From Callorhinchus milii (taxonomy: Eukaryota): DNA of 64,000 nucleotides. The notes beneath the pieces are model-generated. The model did not search any database. It had not been told where the DNA came from and worked only from the letters and a program-made list of their open reading frames with translations. Of this stretch, positions 14,063-27,900 are shown in pieces; positions within the stretch are counted from its first letter, which is position 1; each line of letters begins with the position of its first letter. Made by a program: the position numbers and the translations under genes. The stretch is from contig NW_024704743.1 of the NCBI RefSeq assembly GCF_018977255.1, forward strand, positions 110,362,001-110,426,000. The letters are read 5' to 3'.

Positions 14063-16312
14063 CACTTTACAGTATATCTTGTGAAATGCTTTGGGATGTT
14101 TTCATGACTTGATAAGGCCATATCAAATGCAAAGATTATTATTATTATTGCAGCACCTCTGACCGTCCAGGGCTCCCCCAGCACTGTACTGGAGTCAATT
14201 GCTTAACAGTTACATTAACTTGTTCAGGGAGTCAACATGTTAATTTTGACTCACTCCAGGAAAATGAAATTCTATTTGTACAGTGATGTGCTGGTGAAGC
14301 ATAATGGTATAAGGTAGCAATTTCTACAATTACTGCATTAAACTGGTTCACAGAATATATGTGCATAACCCTGTCCCTCTCACAGTGCCACTTGATGTGG
14401 CTATGCGCTTTGAATTGAGAAATAGAAAATAGTTCACTCGAGAGGTTCGGCTGAAGAAATCCCTTTGTTTTATTTAGCAGAATATCCTCCCCACCATCTT
14501 ACTTTTCCAGCATGGAGCTGTTTCTCAATAGAGTCCATTGCCTTGTCCTCAATTTCCCTTCTTAGTAACCCGTTTCAGTTGTCTTATTGCCTGCGGTGTA
14601 AAGAAATACTTCCTGGTGCCTGACCATGAAATTGCTTTTTACGCCCCTGAGACCCATATCTTCCTGCCCTGCTGCCTATGCAACCCGTTCAGCATAATAA
14701 TTTTTTAAAATCAAAATCCCAAATCTTGATGTCCTGCTGCCTTGGTCTATCTGAAAATATAATCAAATCTGGGATGACATGTGGTATTCTGTCAAGGTCG
14801 CTCACTTCATGGCTGTTTGCGGGACTTTGCTGTGTGCAAATCAGCTTCCGCATTTGCCAACAAATACAGACAGTCATCACACTTGCCAATGATTCCCTGT
14901 CAGGTACTTTGAGACAGTTTAATGTTGCAAGTGCTGTATCAAATGCAAGGATAATTATTTATCATCATCAGTTGGGATGATGTATGTGAGTTCTAAGCTT
15001 TGATGCTTTCTGCCAATGTAACTTCTATGTGTCATTCAAGTCATGCTGTTTGTGGGGCACTGCTGGGTACAATTTGACTACTGGGTTTGCCTACAAATGC
15101 ACAGTCACTACAATTAATAGTACTATAGAAATTTACAACATAGAAGAAGGCCATTCAGCCCGTCATGTCTGGGCCGGCTCCCTCAAGACAATGTTTTCAG
15201 TTCCACTTACCTGCTCTTTCCCCGATGCCCCTGTAGCTTACTTTTTAAGATCTCTGTCTGATTGCCTCTTGAAGGCCAAAACTTGACAGCAATACCATGT
15301 AAAGTGCTGTTCGACATTACAGGCCCTTTATGAAAAACAAGGATCCTTATTATTATGGTAACATGGTCCCAAAGCTCTTTTTTTAAGTTTAATAATATTA
15401 TTAAATATTTAACCGAGCAGATACAACATACTTTTTTTTGTTACTGAGTAGTCTACAATCTTGTCAAACCTATTTTGGAGAGAGCAGGAACAAGAAAGAA
15501 GCTCACCACCAACAAAGACTCATCGGGTCTCTGCCTCAGTTTCAATGTGAATAAAAACAGGACCTGGCACTCTGCAATGCACTCTAAACATCGCTGATTC
15601 TATAAACAGTGACATGTCAGTTGGATGTTTCAAAACAAAGCCTGGTTAGATAGCACTAAATGAATTAAAGATTAAATACTGAAGCAATTTCCTTCCAAGG
15701 ATATGCTTCATTATGTAAAACCTCCAGAGATCAGTCACATTTTGGCATTTTACATAGAATATAAATTATTGATGCCTAGTTGTATGGGTAATTAAGGATG
15801 CCTTGTTTCCCCAGTAAATTCATTCATCTTAGCACGTTTTCCAAAGTACTCGATGCACTTTTATCTGTAGTGAGTCTCGTCAGAGATTCAGTGTTAGATC
15901 TTGATTCATTAAGCTTTTGATGCACTAAGTGGGCCAACAACACGGCATGTGTTCAATAGTGTGCCAGCAGTGTCTGGGTCAGTTGATAGTATTCTTGCCT
16001 GAGTCAGAAGTCTCACATCAGGACTTTGATCTCACATAGATCCTAGTCTGATGCTCCAATGCGGTGCAGGGGGTGTTGCTTTGAAACATTAAGCCGAAGT
16101 GCTACCTGCCTCGGTTGGTAGATGGCACTTCGGTTTAATGTTTTGTGGATAAAATGGTCAGTCATTTCATAGCTGTTTGTGGAATGTTGCCGTGTGAAAA
16201 TTGTCTGCTTTGTTTGCCTGCAGTTGCTACACTTTCCCGTAAATGCTGTAAATGCTTAAGACATTTTCCAATGTGAGTTCAAATGCAAAGATAGTTATTA
16301 TTATTATATTGT

Positions 16313-16676
16313 GAGTCCTGTAGCTCAGTGGTTAGACCACTCGCCTCACAAGCGAGAGAACTGCATTTGATTCCCGGCAGAGCGAAACATTGGGCAAGTT
16401 TCCTTACACCACACGCCTCTGTTTACTTAGCAGTAAGTAGGAACCCGGTTGTTAGTTGATTGGTGGATCGCTTTTCTGGGGATAATAATTCCTTCAAAAT
16501 AAAAATTATTTGGTCCCTCAATCCATGACTGTTTGTGGGACACTGCTGTGCGCAATTGACTAATGCGTTTCGCCCACAAATATACAGTCAATTCACTTTA
16601 CAGTCTATTCTGTGAAGCGCTTTGAGACACCTCAAAGACGTGATAAGGCACTATATCAAATGCAAGGATTATTATT
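16313..16676 (+). mobile_element. tRNA-derived SINE, long variant (related copies at 43646-44029 +, 25528-25950 + interrupted, about 61785-61957 -)
   Basis: Same head, plus an internal CCTCTGTTTACYTAGCAGTAAGTAGGAACCCGGTTGTTAG...GGATCGCTTT segment. Confidence 0.88.
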
Positions 16677-19600
16677 GGTGATAAGTATCGTATTGACCCA
16701 AAATGCAGCTAAGTGCCGATAACGCAGTCGGACTCCATTACGGTGACACAGTTTGGGTATGGCCATAGTTCAGGCGGAGATTGTCTTTTAAAAGAACATT
16801 TAAAGGGAAATGAAGTGGAAGAACATTAAAGCGTGCAGCAGAGTGGGATTAGACTTGGGTGGCTCATGTGGGGACAAAGCACTGGCGTAGTTCCAGGACT
16901 GTAGCCTTTTACAGGCTTTAACGTGCAAGATTCTTTAATAAAGAGAGCCATTAAAATTCTCTGCCCCGGGAGGTCTCATAGTTTGTCATGACACGGCTTC
17001 TCTTGATCGAAAAAAAGGCCCTTTACCACCTCCCACATACACCAATTTTCATAACTTGGATATTATTGCATTATGTCCACGTCCTTCTTTGTACAAATTG
17101 ATGCCATAACATCAGGCTTTGCTGCCATCAATCTTTAAGTTAATAAAAGCATGCCCCACTGAAATCACACTCTTCCTGCATCCCCTGCTGTCATCTTCTC
17201 TTCCAGTTCATTTGTTACTCTCCTCTGAGGCTCCGCGCCTTGTAAATTATTCAATTTTATTTATCCGAAAATTCACACTTGATTGAGAGTAAATAGATAA
17301 ATAATAATCCCTGTGTTTGATATATTGCCTTTCATGTCGAGAGAATGTCTCAAACCACTTCACGTGATATACTGCAAAGTATAATTCTATAAAGTGACTT
17401 TGTATTTTGAAGCTAAGTTGCTTTGACCTGAAGTGACATTGCTGTGTGCAAATTGGTGGCCGATTTCATCTACAAAATACACAGTCACCACACTTCATAA
17501 TAAAATCCTGTGAAGTGCTTTGAGATGTCTTGACGATGTGATAAGCCACTATATCAAATGCAAGCATTATTATTGTTACAGTATTAATCAGCTCCTGCAT
17601 CTGCTATGCAATCTGCTAACTGGATGCTCTGAACACAGACAGGGCGAAACCTCGGGCAAGTTTCCTAACTCCACACGCCTAATCCCTCCAAAACAAAAGT
17701 AAATTGGACATTTTCAATCCACGACTGTTTGTGGGACACTGCTGTGCGCAATTGGCTGCCGCGTTTCGCCCACAAATATACGGTCAATTCACTTTACAGT
17801 CTACTCTGTGAAGCGCTTTGAGACGTCGAGAAGGCGTGAAAAGCACTATATCAAAAGCAAGGATTATTATTATTATAATACTGTGTTGGAATTAAGTGCA
17901 TCACAGGCCCAAAATTCTACCTGGGTTTTATCCTATAGCAACATTTATGTTTAAATCCCTCCATTCCTTGGCACCCCCCATCCCTCTAACTTCCTCTCTC
18001 CCCGCAGCAGTACCCGCTGCCTCCACTCTACTGGGTCCGGCCTCCTCCGTGTCCCCCGAATCCTCCGCCCCACCATCGGCGGCCATGCCTTCAGCCACTA
18101 TGCCCCCAAATTTTGGAACCCCTTCCCTCAACCCCTTCACCTCTCCCCCTCCTTCCCCATCTTCAGGCCGGCCTGAAAACCTTCCTCTTCGACCGCGCCT
18201 TAGATCACCTTCCCCCTCCCCCTGGCTCGGTCTTGGGCTCCACCATTGTTAAGGCTCTGAGACACCGCCCGGTGTGGAGGGCGCTATATAAATGAAAGTT
18301 GTTGTTGTATCATTTGGGCTGAAATTTCAGTCTGTGCTGCATATAGCAACGCGAGGGCAATGAGAGAGAAGATACCAGGAGCAACCGGTATCACAAGACA
18401 CTGGGTATAACCCTGACCCTGGAATCCCAGTCTGAGTTTGCTTAGAATTTTAAGAGTCAAGAGTTGTACAAAAATCTTTAAGTTTGTATGTCGGCACCAA
18501 ATGGCCATCCCCATCCCTTTATCAGTGCCCTAATCTTCAGCAACTGCACTCCTAGCCTCTGGAACTCTCTCCCTGTATCCCTCAGTCTTGCCTCACTTGT
18601 GTCTTTAAATTCAACCTCAATTCCTTCCTCTTTGACTGTCCCTACGGTCACCTCCCACTTTCCTCACTCAGCATCCAGCAGTCTTTGTGAAGCCTCTGAG
18701 ACATTGTTTATCTACTCTAAGGCCACTATATAAACGCAAGTTTTTTTTATAATACAATTTACATTGATATAACATCTTTCACATCAGGAAGATGTCTCAA
18801 ATCAAGGTATTGTCAAGAGCAGTAAAATGCTCCAAATCAAGGCTGAATTGAAGAGTTTGCCATCATCTAAAAATCTAAAGCAAAATAGTCTGACATGCTA
18901 AGTCTAGGTAGAAGTCTGGGTCTCACAATTGGGAATGTTGTTCTCAATGTACCACCTGTGGTCAAGCAGACACCAAACTTACAGCTAAATTGACTAACAT
19001 CAGGGTTCTGAACATCTGCAATTGTCTCTTGTGCATTCAGACTAATAGGTATATGCAAATTCAGTCCATTTTAGTACAATTCATTAAGAGGGTAATTAAG
19101 CTGCAGAAAAAAATCCTCTTTTTGTTAACGCTGTGTGCATTTTTGTTGCACTCTGCAAAAGTTTATCAGGTTAGTGGAGGGAGGATACAGCAGTCACAGA
19201 ATCACACGATGGGTAAAATTTACAGGACCAGAGAGCTCGGAGTTAGTTTATATTAGCTGGAGTTTGATTAGAAAATCAGCCATGATGGAATGGCGGGGCA
19301 GGCTCGAAGGGCCTACTCCTGCTCCTACATGTTATGTTATATAGAATGACATAGAATGATATGGCTTGTAAGCAGGTCATTCAGCCCAAGTGGCCTATGC
19401 TTGTACGAGCGCTAAAAAGCATATTTGTTGGGAGGGAATTTCAGCACTGTTCAGCAGATCGACCCTGGGGAGTAAATATCTAACAAAGAAGAAAAGGTAG
19501 AGCCCAATGCAAGGCCTAAAATGTACAAAATAAGCACTGTCCACCTCAGATTCAAAAATAATAGTGGATGGTGGGGCCTGAATAGGAAGAAACCACTTAC

Positions 19601-21691
19601 TTAGCGAGGTGTGCTGCCACCGGGCAGTTAGTGGTTTGCACCAGCATTAAATAAGAAAGCTTGCAAAGCATGTCTTAGTTGGTAGCATTCTCGCCGTTGG
19701 GTCAAAAGGTTGTGGGTTCAAACCTCACTTGGGTCCGTTGAGCTCGTAGTGTAGCATTGTACTTGGGTAGCACTGTATTGGTAGAGGTGTTATCATTTGG
19801 CTGAGATGATGTAGCAAGGTCCCATCTGTCTTGTCAGATGATTGTTAAAAATAACCATTTACTACTGGAAAAGCTAAAGGAGTTTCTCCCTGGCCAACAA
19901 TCCTCTGGGTAAATTGGTCATTCACCCATGTCTTGTCTGTGGGACATAGCTCTTGCATTTGCCTTCAAATGCATCAACACTTTACAGCAAATGTCTGCAG
20001 GTCCTATATTAAATACAAGGCTTATCATCATGCGGTGCATGCAATTTTTTTTCTTCAAACCTATTCCCTCTCAGGTGATTTTGCTCAGTGCTACACTGTG
20101 AGGCACACAGCAGCTGAGGGTTACTTCTGTGGTCACAGCACAAGGAAACTGCCTCAGCCAGTTTGGTGCTACATTAATCATCATTTTATTCCATTTCCTT
20201 TGCAAGGATGCGGAACATGTTGCCACAAGTGGCTACTGAAGCAGAGTCAATTTACCACTTCTTACAAGGGAATTGGTTAAGGGGTTGAAGGATGAAAATA
20301 TGAAAGGGATGTGGTGAAAACGCAGGGGAATGAGATATATCTCCTGGACTGAGCTTTCAGTAATCTTTCCCCTCCACACAACCCTTTGGCTTCCATCCCC
20401 AGCTCAGCTGCCCAGCCAGCAATGTTAAGTGCTTTCATACATTCTCCTGACATTAAAAGCATTATATAATTGTTAATTTTATTTTTCTTCCTTTACCTCT
20501 TTCATACCATTCTTTTAATGTTTGCAAGGATCATCAGAGTACCAGATCTGCTAATGCCCTCAGCCAAATTCGTCTAGTCTCCCACTGACTTCCTGAGGGT
20601 AAGATCTCACCGTATTGCAACTCTTAACCCCTACATCAACTAAGATGTCATTACATTCATATTAAATAGTTAAAGTTAAATCATTTCATTACTATAGGCA
20701 CATTTACAGCAAAGGTTAGTAGTGCTAGATTTGGTAATCCAGCAATGCAAGAAGTGGTACATTTGTAAGTAGCAATGATGCAGTAATTTAGTAATCCAGG
20801 AAACCACTTCTATCTGAGCATCTTTACATTGCTGTATGCGTATCAGCTATTTCAGAAGAAATTCCCAGGGACTGCAACAGAAATAAAATAAATTGAAATG
20901 TGCAGTTTATTTTAATGGGTAAGTGAATATAGATTTAAGCAAATTTCCCTGATGCGTGGGGTATGCATTATAGGGCAAAAAGTTGTTACTAGAAATAATT
21001 TAACAATAAAATAATCCATACAGAAACAGATTGCATTCTGTTTAAGTGCATTTAATATTTTACATTCAAAATTCAAGGTTCAATCACTCATGCTGAAGAG
21101 TTAATAAATACACATCTTAGCTGAGCCTAGTTCCTGTTTGATCAAAGTCAATGTTTGTGGATAGATAAGGACACAAAGGCTGTAGCACTAACCTGAGTAA
21201 AAGAACTGCAGAGACACAAGAACCAATTTCTATTACTTCTATATCTGATACTTGAAGCTTTGTATAAAATTTTTAAATGAAAATGCTGTACTGCTTACAT
21301 TCCTAGAGGTAGAATAGAGTTGAAAGTAGTGATAACAAATATCCCCTGGGGGCCATGCTTATTGTACTATATTTATCGGTAGGAATGCCAAAATATTCAT
21401 GTTGAATTCCAATAGTAACTTAGTCCAAGATCGGAATTAATGGGTTTGGTTAGTTTGAACTAGGGCACTGATAATTCAATAAGGTTTGGTAAATCCTGAT
21501 AAATTAACGAGTAAAGCAAAGTAAAACAGCTTTCACAGAACAATTTTTTTAAAACCTTACATTTTAGTTTAAAAAAATCAAGGAGGGAGATGAGGAAATA
21601 GCTGTAAGAGACCCAAGCTTAACAATGTAATGGAGCTATTAATTGAGGCACGAAATATAAGGGGGGGAGAAAATTGAAAAATATAGATTAC

Positions 21692-21697
21692 TTTATT
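21692..21697 (-). terminator. Candidate SPAG1 polyadenylation signal AATAAA (a distal alternative lies at 20906-20911)
   Basis: tttatt on + strand about 70 nt past the stop codon; usage cannot be determined from sequence. Confidence 0.4.
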
Positions 21698-21769
21698 AGC
21701 CATACAGTTTACAGTGGCTTTAATTCTCCTCTAAATTTAAACATCTGAATTATATTTACTGCAAAATAA

Positions 21770-21907
21770 TTATGATTGTATATCATAGTTTTCTGCTAGA
21801 TTTTGAATATCTTCAGGGGCGAAAAGGTCACTCTTCATTTGTAAAAGACTGTTGAAGAGTTGTTGCACTTGTTCTTTTTCCTCTTTGCCTAGAAGCATCA
21901 ACACCAC
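21770..21907 (-). CDS. SPAG1: SPAG1 terminal exon 19 [24 protein letters not shown]...AENYDIQS*
   Basis: tctacag| acceptor, 45 codons + TAA. Confidence 0.93.
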   Translation of the reverse strand: MVLMLLGKEEKEQVQQLFNSLLQMKSDLFAPEDIQNLAENYDIQS

Positions 21908-24900
21908 CTGTAGACACAAACAAAAAATAGTTATATAGGAACCCATTAAAAACATCTCCTCAGGGAGTTTGCCTCCCTTCTCCTGCTGGAGTACATCTTC
22001 CTCTCTTAACTTGCCTGAGCAGTCATTATTTATGTACGAATCTTAATGAGTGTAATTGCACACTATTCAACCACAATGGCATCACAGTTGATCCTGTCCT
22101 CACCTAAAATTCACATTTGTCACTTCCATTAGGTGTCTCTCGATGGCAATCAAGCAGGAATCTTGGATCATTTCTCCCTCCCTAACTCATAGGTGCTGAA
22201 GCCCAATTGTAGCACCCCAAATAGTTGCCCAGCTGAAATCAGCTAATTTAGTCCAGACTGACTCAAACTTGCGATGCTGTCTGTGCAGCCAAGACCTGTG
22301 CTGCCTTTACTCACTGCCATTTTAACCTGGGTTGGATGAACAAATTACAACTTTACATTCTTGCTTACATGTGTGTCAACAATTGGACATTGCAAACTCA
22401 ATCAGCTGACAATGTTCATCGCTTCAGCTTAAGTTTATATACCGGACTTAAATGTGTGTTAGAACTCCAGGAAAAATGTATTTTTAAAAAGTGTGGACTT
22501 TTAACAATAAAGCACAATTTAGTAAGTTGTAAATAATTTATATCAGAAAATGTGTTTTTCCCCCATAGAAAAAAAGTGAGGAAAGTGAAGCAACTGAGTC
22601 TGCACTGCTCTTCCATACCACCTGCTGGTCATTACAGTGAGGCACTGACAGAGGCTTCATGAACAAGGTCACCTGGTCACTGCTGCATTATAAAACCAGG
22701 AGCTGCGTGATGCAAAGCAGGATAATGCGAGCATCTGCAGCTGAATATACTTCAGCAGCACAATCAGACCTCTGACCTTCATTTGCAGCTCAGACTCTGC
22801 TATTTTTGACAAATGACTGTATTCTCCAGCAAAATCTAATCATCTCTGACAAGAGAATGAAAAATACACATTTATTTTTGCAAAATTGTTGTGCAGCTTG
22901 GAATGCCATCACCATCTGGAATAATCTTTTCAAAAGAGAACTGCCCTAGATTGGAGCCAATTGGCATTTAAGATTCAGAACAATCTGGTATCAACAGTTG
23001 AATCAAAATTACTTAGAATACTCATGGATTGATTGAATACTGAATTGTTTGCCACCCAAACAGGACAAAACAGCACTAATTGATGTGTTGCATTATTGGA
23101 GGTGTCCCCTTCAGATAAGAAGTGAAACCGAGGTTCCATCTGCCTGTTCAGGTGGAATGTTATAAAGATCCTATGGCATTTTTCAAAAAGAGAAGGGAGT
23201 TTCTCCTGTTGTCCCAGCCAACAATTTCCCAAATAAAATCGGTCATTCACTTTATGGCTGTTTGTGGCCCATCGCTTGTGCAAATTGGTTCCATGTTCGC
23301 CTAGAAAAATATATCATTACACTTTGAAGTATATCCTGTGAAGCCCTTTGAGACGTCTCGAAGACGTGATAAAGCACTATATCAAATGTAACGATCATTA
23401 TATTATATAGAAATCCTTGCGACATGAAAGTAGCTGTATCAAATGTAAGTATTATTCTTATATGTGATGTCAGTACATTTACTCCTCCTAACTTGAATAC
23501 CACCTAACTTGGATCATGCCTGATGAAAGTCAAGAAGGTTTGAACTACTCAATAAAACTCCAAATGCAATAAATATAGTGTTCATTGCACTGAGAAGTTC
23601 CATACAACACTAATTCCAAAGAATAAAATGAAGTTTTAGTTAATGAAACAACAACTACCTTAAACCGTTCTACTTTGCACAGATGAATAAGATGTTGATA
23701 CACACGATTGGGGTCCTCCTGTAAAAGGTGTCCTTCCAATGCCTGAAAAATCATGGTGAACGCATCACTTTCCAGTTTATTGGTGATCATCAACGGTAGG
23801 TCCTTTGGTTCTACATTTCTTAGCAGTTCGGCACAAGCAGTTGAATCCTTCTTGGACCTCAGCACGTTGAAGGCTTGGCCAAATTCATAAGCATTTGTAG
23901 GCTTCAAAAGTGCTCCTTTTTCTGATGGTGAATGAGAATTTTCAAAGGCTTCTCTTATGTATGGCAAATCTTCAGTTGGATCCCCAGAACCTACTTGCTT
24001 AGTGGCATCTTGTTGTTTGGGACCAGTCTCCTCTTCATCTCCATCAGCAACCTTTAAATGATAAAAAATATAATACAAGATAATGTTTAATACAAACTGT
24101 GACAACATCAAGCTAATTTGAAGTTTATAAAGTAGAAGTTATTTTTAAGTAAGCTAAAGATTATACGTTCTATATAATTCATATGGTGCCTTTCACATCA
24201 TGAGGATATCTCAGAAAGTGCTTGACAATGCTGAGTGAGCTCCCAAGCTGAAGGTGGGAGCCAAGGGGTTGGGTAGGAGGAAATGTGACCAAAAGCGTGG
24301 CTCCTTCTGAGCTGTAGCAATATTGTGGTGTGGTGACAAGACTTTCTAGCAAAAACATCAAACCTGTAGAACTGTAACACAAGATGTACACTTGCCAACC
24401 TGGGCTGAATACTTTCCGAAATTAGGTAAACAGGATCTGTCCCTCTGGTAAGAGAGTGCACATTTCATTGCAACATTTGTCAGGAATTTCCATGTGTAGG
24501 TGGGATGCATGGAATTCTCAGTTTGGTTTGGATACTCTTAAGCATGGTGATGGGTTTCCTCATGTGTCAGACACCTGGCTGAGTAAAAACAATCCCTATA
24601 TACGAGCTAGTCAAACACTGCTTTGAAGTTCTGTCAGCTTATTCAGAATGAAACAAATACCTCGTCTATTTGGATCTTTTTCCTGGATTTTTCATGGCTA
24701 CTGGCTGATCTCTGTTTTTTCAGAAGCTCGGACACCTCCTGTAATTCCTTCTGAGCTTCAGCAACGTTCGAGTCAAGCTTCAGGACTTTATTGAGGTCAT
24801 CAATACTAACTGTGTAGTTCTAGAAAAAAAATGATGAAAACTAAACCACACCAAGAAATCTATACAAAAAGGGATATGCCACCATACACACCATATTTAG

Positions 24901-27900
24901 TTATTTTTTTATAACACCAAAGATTGAGCTATATGTGAAATAACACGACCCGTTACAAAATAGAGCACTAGATATGCGCAACATATTTATTTGATTAAAT
25001 ACTGATAATATCCTTCAAAAAACTGGACTGATAGCTCCTTGAGATATTGGAGGTACAGACTCAAATAAACGAATACTCCAGGGGACATAATAGTTTCTGT
25101 CCTGTTGGAGCCAGGAAGAGGAGGAATATTGTCTGTGGTGAGACAGTGAAGATGGATGAATAATGGAGACGGATAAATATTCTAGAGTTTTTGTTTGGCT
25201 CTAACAGAGGATCAGACAGCTTCTTTGCAGAACTTTCCCAAGAGATGGATAGAATTAAATGAATAATAGCATTTTTTGTATGGTCTGTGGAAGAAATGGG
25301 GTTGATAAGCTGAATTGTTGCATGTTTTCTTATATTCTTATAACAAAGTGTTTTTTTTAAATCAGATTTGAAACAACTAATAAAATGGTACAATTTGCTA
25401 TCAATAAAATGCAGTAATTTCAGGTTTTCTCCATGTCCCCCACACTTTCCGCACCACCATCGATGGCCAAGCTTCAGTTCTTGCACCCTAACATCTAAAA
25501 CTCCGTCTGTTTACACTCCATCTCAGTGGAGTCCTGTAGCTACAACAACAAAATTACATTTGTAAAGTGTTTTTCACGTCGGGGGGACGTCCCAATGCGC
25601 TGGACAGAGTTACGGACCAGAGATGGGGGGGCGGTGTCGGGCAGAGGGGGAAGCAGGGAGATCAAAAGCACGGACAAAGAGGAGGGTCTTTAGATGGGTC
25701 TTGAAGGTGGCAAGGGAGGGGTGCAAGGTGGAGGGACTGCAGGATGGAGTTCCAGAGGGTGGGGGCAGAGTGGCAGAAGTTATTATTAGCTCAGTGGTTA
25801 GAGCACTCGCCTCGCAAGCGAGAGCCCTGTGCTCGATTCCTGGCAGGGCGAAATGTTAGGCAACTTTCCTTATTCCGCACACCTCTGTTTACCTAGTATT
25901 AAGTAGGAACCCAGTTGTTAGTCGATTGGCGGATCGCTTTCCAGGGGTAATCAAACCCAAGTCCTCTCGCTTTCGAGTTCTCTAATCACTAAACTACAGG
26001 ATTCCACATGATTTTAATTGTTCAAAATACTTGTGCTCATTTGACACGAGTAACCTACTGAACCAGAAACAGTAGTCAAAGCAAAATCAATAAATTTTTA
26101 ATAGGAAATGGGCAAATATTTGAACAGCTATAAAAGGGGATGGATATGGAAAGGGCAGGGGAGTGGAAATGTAGCTCTCTTCAGAGTATCGGTACAGGCA
26201 CAATTGGCAGAAATGATCTCCACGCGTCCTGTAAAATTCTATTATTATATTCTCGCAAGTGACTGAATTGATCATCTTTCAGACAAACATAAAATGTCTC
26301 ACCTGTAACCCTTTGTAGGCTAGAGCTCTTCGATAGAAAGCTTTTACATTGGAAGGCTCCAGCTTCAGAGCACAGCTGCAGTCATCTTCAGCATTCTTAT
26401 ACTGATTTAGCTTGAGGTAACACAGGGCTCTAAAAGAACCAATGTAACAATATGGATATTTTTTTACAATATACATCTATAGCCAGAAATTCCTGGGATC
26501 CTACATTTAAACAGTCATAATATCTTACAGAATTTTGAAAAATTCTTAAAACCAGTTGTAATGTTTTTGAGAACTGCAAAAATCAGACAATTTCATTACA
26601 ACTCAGTTGACAGAGCCCCAGTGAATGGAACAATTTCCTTCTCCTGGACACCTCCACTTGTTCAGGGCAGACACCCAAAACCCCAGCTAGTCCAAAATAT
26701 GTATAATATATACATACTAATAAAACATCTGTCTGTGTGTGCTTCAAGAAGGATCTCAATAACCGATTGATGTAGAAATATGATTTATTCTTCATTGGAA
26801 AGTCTTTCATCTGGGAGTGATATGGGCATATTTGTTTTGGGGTATCTCCTATTGTTCATGAGTTATGACCTAAAATATATTTCAGTTTTGTGTCTTTGAC
26901 TGCAGTTACACCTGGTGGCCGCCGAGTCAAAGTGGCGCTGTGGCCAGCTGACCATGGCACTGTGGCATCCATCCTGTGTCGCAGAGCACACAATAGCCAA
27001 GTAGCAACGGGAACAAAATAAAGAACACAGACAATGCTAAGCCGTGGCAACAGCAACAAAATTACTTTTTTTTTTAAAAAAGTGCCTTTCACGTCGGGAG
27101 GACGTCCCAGTGATTATAAATTACATGTTTATATTTATCATTATAAAGATGCCTAAGCAAAAAATCAAACCTTTCAAGTATAAGTAAAAATACTACACAG
27201 AACAGAGAAGGCCCACTAAATGAAACTGAAGAACAAAGAACTTCCACAGTAGTCCTCCCAGATGAGTATAAAGATGAAATGTCTGTCTGTGTGTCAATAT
27301 ACATTCCACATTGCATTCTTTGTTTGCAAGCTACAACGGGTACAGCTAGTATATATTATATATATATTGTATAATATATATCAAAGTACTTCAGGGTTTC
27401 CTATAAAGCATACTGCAGCCAAACTTCCACTAGTAAATAGAATTTCTCCCATATGTGTAAATACCCAACAATCATCATTTCTTCTTGGGCACCTCTGGAT
27501 TTGCATCTCATTTGAGGAAACAGATTCCCATGCAAACAAATAGAATCACTCAGAGAAACATGTAGGAAGCTCTAGTAAACTACACCAACGCAACAGCTCT
27601 GGATTCAAGCATAGACACAAAATGGGGGTGTTGCAAGGGAAGCAATATCATTCGCTGAATAAAAGTTTTTTCTTTCAAAGTAGTATAAACTTTCTTTAAA
27701 AATTATAAATGCAAAGGAACACTTTGGTTTTCCTTGTTTTTTTGAATGTATTAGTAAATTGTATATCACTGGCAAAGAATTATGAGGCCACTGTTATATT
27801 TTCTCTGTAAATCTTGTAGACCTTTTTCATTTAAATCAACATCCCACACATAATGCAAGAAGTAAAAGGTGTTTTGATGCTTTGGAAAGCTGGGCAACTG

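Noticed and set aside
1..21000. Exons of a neighbouring gene such as RNF19A (expected from recalled synteny)
   Set aside because: No recognisable coding exon found. ORFs such as 10499-11068 lack domain-like features; small or UTR exons cannot be excluded.
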